A DNA stretch of 64,000 bases from Opitutaceae bacterium (lineage in GTDB: Bacteria > Verrucomicrobiota > Verrucomicrobiia > Opitutales > Opitutaceae), in assembly GCA_003164715.1 (NCBI GenBank), contig PLTZ01000026.1, positions 712-64,711 of the forward strand. The letters are read 5' to 3'. A program made the translations under genes and the position numbers. Each line of letters starts with the position of its first letter. Position 1 is the first letter of the stretch. Of the stretch, positions 52,174 to 61,400 are shown piece by piece. The notes under the pieces were generated by a model that was not told the DNA's origin, searched no databases, and saw nothing but the letters and a program-made list of their open reading frames with translations.

Positions 52174-54345
52174 ATGTCGGTCGTCCTACTGCTGGTCGCC
52201 TGCGCACACGTGGCGTCAGAGGCCGGCAAGCCGCGGCCAAGGGCCCGCCAGCGGCCGAGCGAGGGCCCTCCCCCGGCGGAGCCCGGGACGGTCCGCCTTG
52301 ATCCCGGGGCGCCATTGCCGCCGTTGCCCCCGGTGTCGGGCCTGCCGCCCCTCCACGTGGTGAGGGTGCCGGAAGGGCGGGCGCAGCCGGGCACCCAGTT
52401 CAACCCTGATCCCGGCGCCTCCGGGCTGGCGACCCCCGCACCGGAACCGCCCCTCTTTACCACTTGGACGGGCGAGGACCTCGTTGCGTCCGCACCGATC
52501 CCGACCGCGCAGGGCGACCTGTACCGCGCCCAGATCGAGCCGGCGCCGGCGGCGACTCCCACGGTTCCCTTTGGGACGGATCCCCTGCCGCCGGCACTGA
52601 AGCTGCCGCGGCCGGGCGTGAAGGCCAACGAGTACATTCCCACGAACTGGCAGGCGCCGGACCACTATTCCCCGGTCGACCCCAGCGCCGAGTACCCCGG
52701 GGCCGAGCTGGTCCGCGACCGATGGTCGGTCGGTTACCAGCCGTGGCGCCGGTACTCCGTCGGCAATCCCGAGGAGATGCCCTATTTCTTCCCGGCCCCA
52801 GCGCTGTGGCACTTTTACCGCCAAAGCCGACTGAAGGGCGATGTGCCGATTCGGGGCCCGGACCTTTTCCTTCGGCTCACCGCCGCCGAGTCGCTGACCG
52901 CGGTGGAAGCCCGGGTGCCCGTTCCGGGCGGCGAGGCGCGGGCGGTCCCGGGCGGCCCCGATTTCTTCGGCGGGAGCACGGAGCGGTTCGTTGAGTCGGA
53001 CTTTGCCTTTGAGGCCGACCTTTTCCGGGGTGACACCGTGTTCCAGCCCTCCGATTGGCTGGTGCACCTGAAGACGGTCATCGACTTTAACCACCTTGAT
53101 TTTCGCGAGACGTGGCGGGAGGACCCTGGGGCGAAGTCCGGCGCCGGCGAGGACACCGTGGTCGCACCCACCACCCGGAATCGAAACTATTTCGCCCTGG
53201 AGGAGGCGTTTGTGGAGAAGCACCTGACGAACCTCTCGCCCAATTTTGATTTTTCCTCGGTTCGCATCGGCAACCAGCACTTCAACAGTGATTTCCGGGG
53301 TTTCGTATTCAACGACACCGACTTCGGCGCCCGGCTGTTTGGCAACTACGACTCCAATCGGTGGCAGTACAACCTGGCGCTCTTTGACCTGCGGGAGAAG
53401 GATGCGGATTCCGGACTCAACACCCTGCGGCGCCGGGGCCAGCTAGTCGCGGTGGCCAATTTATACCACCAGGATTCGTGGCTTCCGGGCTATACCACAG
53501 AGGTCAGCGTGCTCGCCAGCTTTGACCAGGGCGACCCGTACGCCGACGACAATGGCTTGATGGTGCGCCCGGCGCAGCTGGGCGCGGCGCGGCCGCACCG
53601 GGTCGAAAGCTACTACCTCGGTTGGACCGGCGAGGGCCACCTCGGCCGCTGGAACCTCACCGACGCCCTCTACCTGGCCACCGGCCGGGATGATTTCAAC
53701 AGCCTCTCGGGCCAATCCGAGGATATCCTCGCCGGGATGGCGGCGGTGGAGGTCAGCTATGACCGCGACTGGCTCCGGTACAAGGCGGTGGGCTTCTTTG
53801 CCTCCGGCGACCAGCACACCCGCGGCGATCTGGCGACCGGATTTGACTCGATCGACGACGACTCCAATTTGGCCGGCCCGTTCAGCTACTGGCTGCACCA
53901 GAGTTTCAACGCCTCAGGTTCCGGCCTGAGCCTCAAGCAGCCGGCGAGCCTCCTGCCGGACGTGCGCGCTGGCGCCGCGGGGGAGGGCGAGGCCAATTTC
54001 GTCAACCCGGGACTGCTTCTGGCTGGCCTCGGCGCGGAGGCGGACCTGACGCCCAGGCTGCGGGCCTTCGCCAACGCCAATTACCTTTGGTTCGATGCCA
54101 CCGACCCGATCAGGACCCTTTTGCCGGGCAGCGTGGTGTCCCCGAACATCGGCACCGACCTGAGCATGGGATGCCAGTGGCGGCCCTTCCTGATCAGCAA
54201 CGTGGTCCTTTCCGCTGGGTGCGGCTTCCTGCTGCCGCAGGCCGGCTTCAAGGCGATGTACCGGACTCTGCCACCGCCGGAGCGAGGAGTCGGGGTTGAC
54301 GATTTCCTCTACAGCGCGATCCTCGCCGCCACGTTCACCTACTAG
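52174..54345 (+). CDS. Putative outer-membrane beta-barrel protein (porin/alginate-export-like), lipoprotein-type signal
   Basis: MSVVLLLVACAH gives a lipobox (LVAC). A Pro-rich ~150 aa linker is followed by long amphipathic beta-like sequence (SVRIGNQHFNSDFRGFVFND, WQYNLALFDL, YYLGWTGEGHLGRWNLTDALYL, ANANYLWFD). The C-terminus AILAATFTY has the aromatic-terminal OMP signature. An alternative TTG start at 52153 overlaps the upstream TGA. Confidence 0.6.
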   Translation: MSVVLLLVACAHVASEAGKPRPRARQRPSEGPPPAEPGTVRLDPGAPLPPLPPVSGLPPLHVVRVPEGRAQPGTQFNPDPGASGLATPAPEPPLFTTWTGEDLVASAPIPTAQGDLYRAQIEPAPAATPTVPFGTDPLPPALKLPRPGVKANEYIPTNWQAPDHYSPVDPSAEYPGAELVRDRWSVGYQPWRRYSVGNPEEMPYFFPAPALWHFYRQSRLKGDVPIRGPDLFLRLTAAESLTAVEARVPVPGGEARAVPGGPDFFGGSTERFVESDFAFEADLFRGDTVFQPSDWLVHLKTVIDFNHLDFRETWREDPGAKSGAGEDTVVAPTTRNRNYFALEEAFVEKHLTNLSPNFDFSSVRIGNQHFNSDFRGFVFNDTDFGARLFGNYDSNRWQYNLALFDLREKDADSGLNTLRRRGQLVAVANLYHQDSWLPGYTTEVSVLASFDQGDPYADDNGLMVRPAQLGAARPHRVESYYLGWTGEGHLGRWNLTDALYLATGRDDFNSLSGQSEDILAGMAAVEVSYDRDWLRYKAVGFFASGDQHTRGDLATGFDSIDDDSNLAGPFSYWLHQSFNASGSGLSLKQPASLLPDVRAGAAGEGEANFVNPGLLLAGLGAEADLTPRLRAFANANYLWFDATDPIRTLLPGSVVSPNIGTDLSMGCQWRPFLISNVVLSAGCGFLLPQAGFKAMYRTLPPPERGVGVDDFLYSAILAATFTY

Positions 54346-54364
54346 GGCCGAAGCCACCCCCGTG

Positions 54365-57300
54365 ATGCCCCCGTCCCTGATGCCCGCCGGATTCCTCGCC
54401 CGCCTGATTGGAGCGGTGCTTGGCGTGGCCGTGGCCGGGAGCGTCCTTGCATCCAAGACGGCCGGCGCCAGTGACGAACCCGGGGTGTCCATCTTCGGGC
54501 CGCCGGTCTCTGTGCCGCGCGACGCCCGCGCGGACGGGGCCGCGCTCCCGCCGCCGAAGGAGCGCAACTGGATCGACCAGACTCCGGAGGCGGCGCGCCG
54601 GAAGAGCGCAGGCTGCCTGGAATGTCACTCCGGGGTGGAGACCATGCACTCCTCGCCCGACGTGGTGCTGGGCTGCGTCGACTGTCACGGCGGAGACCCG
54701 ACGCCCGGGCTGACCCAGCGCAAGGCCCACGTCAGACCGCTGAACCCGGTATTTTGGGAAAGTTCAGCCAAGCCGGCCGACTCCTCGGTCCTGCTGAACC
54801 ACGAATCTCCCGATTTTATCCGTTTCGTGAACCCGTCCGACCTGCGGGTCGCCGGGCAAGCCTGCGGTCCCTGCCACGGCGAGATCGTGACCCACGTCGG
54901 CTCGAGCATGATGAACCACGGTGCGATGCTCTGGGGGGCCGCCTTGTACAACAACGGCTCAACCCCGTTCAAGAATTACCGGTACGGCCAGGCGTACGCC
55001 GGCAATGGCGAGGCGCTGCGCCTTGAGAGCCCCATCCCCGTGACCCCGGAGATGACCATCCTGCACGGCCTGCTTCCCTTCCTGGAGCCGCTGCCGCGCT
55101 TCGAGGCCAGCCAGCCCTCCAACATCCTCCGCGTCTTCGAGGAGGGCCAGCAGAAGCAGCTGGCCCTCGGCAACCCCGACCCCGAGGATTCCCCGGGACG
55201 CCCGGCCCACCGCCTGTCCGAGCGTGGGCTCGGAACGCTCAACCGGATCGACCCCGTGTTCCTCAACCTCCAGAAGACGCGCCTCAACGATCCGCTGCTG
55301 GGGTTCATGGGGACCAACGACCATCCCGGGGATTATCGCTCGTCGGGCTGCGCCGCCTGCCACGTCATCTACGCCAACGATCGGTCCCCGACCAACTCGG
55401 GCTGGTGGTCAAAGTACGGGAACCAGGGCCTGAGCTTCACCGCCGACACGATGATCTCGAAGACGGAGAAGGCGCACCCGATCCGCCATCAGTTCACCCG
55501 CAGTATCCCTTCCAGCCAGTGCATGTCCTGCCACATGCACCAGGGAAACCTCTTCGTTAACCCGTTCCTAGGCTATATCTGGTGGGACCAGGAGAGCGAC
55601 GGCGAGTTCATGTACCCTTCCAAGCAGAAGAACCCCACTGAGAAGGAGATGGCCGACTCCGTGCTCCACAACCCGGAAGCGGCCGCCGCGCGGGGGCTGT
55701 GGGGCGATCCCGATTTCCTCGAAAAGGTCGCCGAACTGAACCCCAAGCTGAAGCAGACGCAGTTCGCGGACTACCACGGGCACGGGTGGGTCTTCCGCGC
55801 GGTGTTCAAGAAGGACCGGGAGGGCACGCTCCTCACCCTGGATGACAAGCCGATCGACCATAACGACCGGGAGAAATTCTCCAAGGCGGTCCACCTGAAG
55901 GACGTCCACCTCGCCCGGGGAATGCAATGCGTGGACTGCCACTTCCAGACAGACGTCCACGGCAACGGGCTCCTGTACGGCGAGCCGCGGGCGGCTACCG
56001 CGATCGAGTGCATCGACTGCCACGGGACGATCGACCGGCGCCCGACCCTGCGCACGAGCGGGAACTCTGGCACCTTCACCGAGGGCCATGTCGAGCCCAT
56101 TGACCTGGCCAAGGGATCGACCCCGTGGGGGCCCCGTTTCTACTGGCAGGGCCCGCGCCTCTTCCAGCGGTCCATGATGTCGCCGAATGTCGTCTGGGAG
56201 GTCCCGCAGACCCGGGACACGATCGACCCCTCCTCCCCGCGGTACAATGCCAAGTCCGCCTATGCGAAGACCCTGCGCAGGGACGGAAGGAGCTGGGGCG
56301 GCGTTCCCACCAAATCCGTGGGGCTCATCACCCCGGAACTCGCGCATGCGAACTCGAACATTTCCTGCGCCATCTGCCACACCTCGTGGGCGACCAGCTG
56401 CTTCGGCTGCCATTTGCCCATGCGGGCCAACAAGGCGGTCGCGGCCAACAAGTTCGAGGGAATCACGACCCGCAACTACACGACCTACAATCCCCAGGTG
56501 GTGCGCGACGACGTGTTCATGCTGGGCCGCGACGCCACCTACAAGGACCACCGGCTCGCGGTCCTGCGGTCGTCGAGCGCCGTAATCGTGGGCTCCCAGA
56601 ACTCCAACCGGGAATGGATCTATGCGCAGCAGCAGACCATTTCCGCCGAGGGCTATTCCGGGCAGGCCTTCAACCCGCATTTTCCCCACACCACCAGCTC
56701 GGTCGGCACGACCAAGAACTGCACCGATTGTCATCTTTCGGCGGCCAATGACAACAATGCCTGGATGACCCAGCTGCTGGGCTTCGGCACGGGAACGGTC
56801 AATTTCTTTGGCCGCTTTGCCTATGTCGCGTCGGGGCCGGCCGGCTTTGACGCCGTCGCCTGGACGGAGGAAGAGGAGCCCCAGGCGGCGATCGGCAGCC
56901 ACCTCCAGCACCTGGCCTATCCCGACAACTATCGGCGGCACGTGGAAACCAACGGCGGCGTGCTGCAGGAATCGTATCACCACGCGGGCGAGGACATCCG
57001 GGATCTCACCATCCGGGGAGAATACCTCTACACCGCCAACGGGCCCGGGGGCTTCGAGGTCTTCGACGTCGCCAACGTGGCCAACAAGGGATTCTCGCAG
57101 CGGATCGTCTCCGCACCGGTGTCGCCGCTCGGCCAGCGGCTCTGGGTCAAGACCAAGTACGCCACCAGCGTGGTCCTGCCGACCACCTTGGGGGTCGACC
57201 CGCTGCGCTCCCACCGGCCGGAAAACGAGGAACAGCCGATCAGCCCCATCTATGGCTACGTCTACGTGACGGACCGCTACGAGGGCCTGGTCACGGTGAT

Positions 57301-58246
57301 GGTGGGAACCCTCCTGGATGGCGATCCGTCGGATAACTTCCTCAAGGAATCCGACGTGACGCGCTTCAACCCGGGAGGGGCCCTGGACGGCGCCACCCAT
57401 GCGTACATGGCCGGTAGCCGCCTCTACGTTACCTGCGACGCCGGGTTGGTCGTGGTCGACATCTTGGACCCGACCAAGCCTCGGATCGTGGGCCGTTCCC
57501 AGGCGGGCGCCCTGCGCCACCCCCGCCGCCTCGCCGTCCAGTTCATGTACGCCTTTGTTTCCGACGACGACGGCGTGAAGGTGTTTGACCTGAGCACCCC
57601 GGATGCCCCCTGCCTGGTGCCCGCCGCCACGGTGCCCCTCCGCGACGCCCAGGGGCTCTATGCCGCTCGCACCTACCTCTACGTTGCCGATGGCGCCGAG
57701 GGCCTGGCAATCGTGGACATCAAGAACCCCGCCGCCGCCCACCTGAGCGAGATCTTCAGTGCCCACGGCGCCCTCAGCGACACCCGCGCCGTGCAAGTGG
57801 GGGCGGTCAACGCGTCCATGTACGCGCTCGTGGCGGACGGAAAGAACGGCCTGCGGGTGCTCCAAATGGTCTCGCCCGAGAACGTCCCCGGCTACATGGG
57901 GTTCAGCCCCCCGCCCAATCCCAAGCTGATCGCCACCTTCCCAACCCGGGGGGCCGCCGTCGCGGTCGGCCGCGGCCTTGACCGTGATCGCGTTGTCGAT
58001 GAATCCGGCAACCAGACGGTGGTCTTCGGGCGCAGGGGCAGCCGGCCCTTGAACGCCGAGGAGTTTGACACCTTCCTGCGCCGTGCGGGCGAGCTCTACC
58101 GGGTGGATGACGTGAAGGTCGTGGATGGCGCCCTGCGTACGAGCGCCGGCGCGACGCTTACGCCCACCGAGACGTTCACGTCCGACGCGCAGACACCCGA
58201 TGCGCCGGAGGAATCGGGCCGGCTCCGGCGGCGGCCTCCGGATTGA
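54365..58246 (+). CDS. Giant decaheme c-type cytochrome fused to a C-terminal LVIVD-repeat beta-propeller
   Basis: ORF 54296..58246 trimmed to the ATG at 54365 (MPPSLMPAGFLARLIGAVLGVAVAGSVLAS, signal/anchor). It has ten CXXCH motifs: CLECH, CVDCH, CGPCH, CAACH, CMSCH, CVDCH, CIDCH, CAICH, CFGCH, CTDCH. From about 56990 there are six LVIVD-type blades: YLYTANGPGGFEVFDV, YVYVTDRYEGLVTVMV, LYVTCDAGLVVVDI, YAFVSDDDGVKVFDL, YLYVADGAEGLAIVDI, MYALVADGKNGLRVLQM. The 920 aa antisense ORF is spurious. Confidence 0.85.
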   Translation: MPPSLMPAGFLARLIGAVLGVAVAGSVLASKTAGASDEPGVSIFGPPVSVPRDARADGAALPPPKERNWIDQTPEAARRKSAGCLECHSGVETMHSSPDVVLGCVDCHGGDPTPGLTQRKAHVRPLNPVFWESSAKPADSSVLLNHESPDFIRFVNPSDLRVAGQACGPCHGEIVTHVGSSMMNHGAMLWGAALYNNGSTPFKNYRYGQAYAGNGEALRLESPIPVTPEMTILHGLLPFLEPLPRFEASQPSNILRVFEEGQQKQLALGNPDPEDSPGRPAHRLSERGLGTLNRIDPVFLNLQKTRLNDPLLGFMGTNDHPGDYRSSGCAACHVIYANDRSPTNSGWWSKYGNQGLSFTADTMISKTEKAHPIRHQFTRSIPSSQCMSCHMHQGNLFVNPFLGYIWWDQESDGEFMYPSKQKNPTEKEMADSVLHNPEAAAARGLWGDPDFLEKVAELNPKLKQTQFADYHGHGWVFRAVFKKDREGTLLTLDDKPIDHNDREKFSKAVHLKDVHLARGMQCVDCHFQTDVHGNGLLYGEPRAATAIECIDCHGTIDRRPTLRTSGNSGTFTEGHVEPIDLAKGSTPWGPRFYWQGPRLFQRSMMSPNVVWEVPQTRDTIDPSSPRYNAKSAYAKTLRRDGRSWGGVPTKSVGLITPELAHANSNISCAICHTSWATSCFGCHLPMRANKAVAANKFEGITTRNYTTYNPQVVRDDVFMLGRDATYKDHRLAVLRSSSAVIVGSQNSNREWIYAQQQTISAEGYSGQAFNPHFPHTTSSVGTTKNCTDCHLSAANDNNAWMTQLLGFGTGTVNFFGRFAYVASGPAGFDAVAWTEEEEPQAAIGSHLQHLAYPDNYRRHVETNGGVLQESYHHAGEDIRDLTIRGEYLYTANGPGGFEVFDVANVANKGFSQRIVSAPVSPLGQRLWVKTKYATSVVLPTTLGVDPLRSHRPENEEQPISPIYGYVYVTDRYEGLVTVMVGTLLDGDPSDNFLKESDVTRFNPGGALDGATHAYMAGSRLYVTCDAGLVVVDILDPTKPRIVGRSQAGALRHPRRLAVQFMYAFVSDDDGVKVFDLSTPDAPCLVPAATVPLRDAQGLYAARTYLYVADGAEGLAIVDIKNPAAAHLSEIFSAHGALSDTRAVQVGAVNASMYALVADGKNGLRVLQMVSPENVPGYMGFSPPPNPKLIATFPTRGAAVAVGRGLDRDRVVDESGNQTVVFGRRGSRPLNAEEFDTFLRRAGELYRVDDVKVVDGALRTSAGATLTPTETFTSDAQTPDAPEESGRLRRRPPD

Positions 58247-58281
58247 GAACCGGTAAACCATTAATCCCCTCGGAGACTGGA

Positions 58282-58358
58282 TGGTGGACGCTACAGGATT
58301 CGAACCTGTGACCCCGTGCGTGTGATGCACGTGCTCTAACCAGCTGAGCTAAGCGTCC
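58282..58358 (-). tRNA. tRNA-Val (anticodon CAC)
   Basis: The minus-strand read is GGACGCUUAGCUCAGCUGGUUAGAGCACGUGCAUCACACGCACGGGGUCACAGGUUCGAAUCCUGUAGCGUCCACCA. It folds as a cloverleaf with a 7 bp acceptor stem and D arm GCUC/GAGC. The anticodon stem is CGUGC/GCACG with loop AUCACAC (anticodon CAC). The T arm is ACAGG-UUCGAAU-CCUGU, and the CCA end is encoded. Confidence 0.95.
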
Positions 58359-58445
58359 GACAGGGGAGGGTGCTTTCTGCCCCAGGGACGCCTGCGAATC
58401 AAGGCTTTTGGTCGGGAGCCAACGGTATTACCCAGCGGAAGGGCG

Positions 58446-61400
58446 TCAGGCCCGCAGCGGACGGCGGCGGAGTCCAAGCAGCGCGACCGCGAGGAGGCCC
58501 GATCCAAGCAGCGCCCACGTGGACGGCTCGGGCACCGGGGTGAAGTTGAGGAACAGGTCGTTCCCGCTCTCGGTGAAGCTGAAGCTGCCCCCGGCGGTGC
58601 TGTTGGAAAATCCGGTCGTGATCAGGTTGAACTCGTTGGCGTTGAACCCGGTGATTGCGCTGGAGGACGCGGCGAACATCCAGGAATACGGGTTCGCCGG
58701 GTTGAAATTGAGCGCCGCCGCAGAGTTTCCGCTCGCGTCAACCGAGACCAGGTTGAACGTGAACGTGTTTGCGCCCGCGGTCAGCGACAGCCCGCCGTTC
58801 GCCGATATCTCGCTGTAGCCGGTGCCCGCGGCCCCGTTCGCATCGTAGAGCTCGAAGCGCATCGCGCCTCCGGACGCGAGCGTGAGCGCGTTGGTGAAGG
58901 CGAGGTTGCCGGGGCCGCCTCCGGGCGACGCGCTCGGCGACAGGACGACCGAGCCGTTCACGGTGACCGGAGCGGACGCGAGGGTGCCGTTGCCCGAGAG
59001 GACGTTGGCGGCATTTGAAAACATCAGCGGGTTGCTGATCGTGACCCCGTTCATCACGTTGAGGTCGGCGCCCCCGGTCAGGCTCACGGTGTCGGCGCTG
59101 GCACCGAGCGCGTTGTTGTTGCCGGCGATCACCGTGCCGCTCGAGATCGTGAAGGGGCCGGTGAGCCCGCTGTTGTTGGCGGTCAGGGTCAGCGTTCCCC
59201 CGCTGCCGCCGGAGTACGTGGTGGCGGCCGTGCCCGTTGAGGCAACGACGCCCGAGATCGTGATGTTGTCATCGTCGGTGTTCCCAAGCTGGGCTGAGGT
59301 GCCGACCATGGTGATGGCGTTCGGGATCGCGCGCGTGATTCCTGTGCCGAGCGCCGAAAGGGTCGTGCCGGTGTCGAGGAGGATGGTTCCCGTGCCGGCG
59401 GCCGTGTCGCTTCCGAGGAGCAGCACCCCGTCGCGCATGTCGATCCCGTACTGGAACGTGTTGTTGCCGGTGAGGGTGAGCGTGCTCCAGGTGCACCAGG
59501 CGATGCCGTTGGTGCCGGAGATCTGGCCGTTAAGCGTCAGGTTGTTGGAGCCGCCGTCGTCGTTGTCGATGTAGCCGGTGCCGTTGAGGACGATCGGGTT
59601 GGCCAGCGTGACATTTGCCGACGGCGAAAGCTCAGTGTCCTGGTCAAACGTCAGGGTCCCGGTGCCGACCGCCGTGTTGCTGCCGACAAAGAGCTCCCCG
59701 GTCGTCACGGCAGTCCCGCCTGCGTAGGTGTTGTTGCCGGAGAGCGTGATGGCGCCAAGGTTGCTCCCGTAGAGCGTGCCCAGGATGTTGACCATGCCCG
59801 AGCCCGAGATGACGCCCGCGAAGACCGAGCTGTCCGTGCTCGACGGAGCGAACTGGAGGGTCCCGTTGTTCACGACGTTGCCGGCGAGCGAGGCCCCGGT
59901 GGCTGCGCCGTCGCCGATGGACAGCATCGCGCCCGAGCCGATCGTCGTCCCCCCGGTGTAGGTGTTGACGCCGTCGAGAACGGTCGTCCCGCCCGATCCC
60001 GTGACCGCGAGGCTGCCGCCGGCGCCGGAAATATTGCCCGCGAAGGTCTGCGAGCCGCTCGTGCCCGCGATCGTCAGGGTCTGGTTTCCAAGGAGGATCG
60101 AGTTGCCGGCGCCCCCGGAGACCGAGCCGACCGTGTTGCTGAACCCGTTCAGGTCGAGCGTGGCCAGGTACGGGAAGTCCAGCTCGCTAAGGCCCGTCGC
60201 CCCTCCGAAGGCGCTCGCCGAGCCCGCCTTCATCGTGCCCCTGAATATCGTCGTCACGCCCGAGTACGTGTTGGTGCCCGACAGGATGACCGTTCCGCTG
60301 CCGTACTGGCCGACGCCCCCGGAACCGGCGACGTTGTTCGCGAAGGTGAAGCTGTCGCCCCGGGAGAAGCTCACGGAACCCGTCCCGATGACGTTGATGT
60401 TCGAGGCGGGGTCGATGTACCCGTTCGAATCGCTGGAATTGCCGATCTGGAGGGCGCCGGAGGTGATGACGATGGCCCCGGTCCCCGTGGCGTAGCCGCC
60501 TGCGTTGTCCGCGAGGAGCGTGCCGTTACTTATCGCCGTCCCTCCGGAATAGGTGTTGCTGCCGGTCAGATCCAAGACGTAGCCGACCGAGTTGAGCGCG
60601 CCGGTGCCGGAGATGGCGCCCGAGAAGAGCGTGTTGCTTGAGCCGGTGCCGACGGTGAGGGCGCCGGCCCCGAGGGTCACCGCGCCGCTGCCGGCCAGCG
60701 ACCCGATCGTGTTGCTGAACCCGTTCAGGTCGAGGGTGGCGCCGCCGCCCACGCTCACCGCGCTCAGGCCCGTTGCCCCGCCGAAGGCGCTCACCGATCC
60801 CGCCTGCAATGTGCCGTGAATGATAGTGATCGCGCCGGAATTGGTGTTGGTCCCGGAGAGCGTGGTAATGCCCGTTCCGGTCTGCACGACCTGGAGGGCC
60901 CCGGAAAGGTTTCCCGCGTAGGTGTAGGCGTTGGAGCGATCGAAGCCCAGCGTGCCCGTGCCCGACACGCCGCTGCTTGCGATGCTGCCGGTCGTCCCCC
61001 CGTTACCAATCTCGATGGCTGTGCCTCCTACGCCATTGATCACGGTCGGGCCGGTGTAGGTGTTGGCGCCTGTCAGGGTTAGCGTGCCCGTCGTGTCCTT
61101 CTCGATCCCGCCGACGCCGGAGATGACCCCAGAAAAGGTCGTGCTGAAGCCGCCGTTCATGAGCAACGAGGCCCCGCTCGCGATGAGGACGGAGCCGCCG
61201 CTGCTTAGGTAGTCCTGGAGATAAGAGACGGTCTCGTTGAAATTGACGTCCACGGCAGCGCCTGAGGTCACGCTCAGCCCGCTGCCGGGCGCAAACGCGC
61301 CTGCGTTCGCGTCCGCGAGCGTTCCGGAGCTCAACAGGGTGTTGCCGGTGTAGGCGTTCGCAGTTCCTCCGAGCGTCAGGATACCGGTTCCGTTGAGGAC

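Noticed and set aside
55568-58330. A 920 aa minus-strand ORF antisense to the decaheme-LVIVD gene, starting inside the tRNA-Val.
   Set aside because: Its start lies within the tRNA. The product is Arg/Gly/Pro/Ala-rich and low-information, as expected for the antisense frame of a high-GC gene. The plus strand carries ten CXXCH motifs and LVIVD repeats.
58247-58445. The tRNA-Val as an integration site or boundary of a genomic island containing the cytochrome cluster.
   Set aside because: No integrase, no direct repeat of the tRNA 3' end and no mobility genes were seen on either side. GC content and codon style of the cluster look like the rest of the window.
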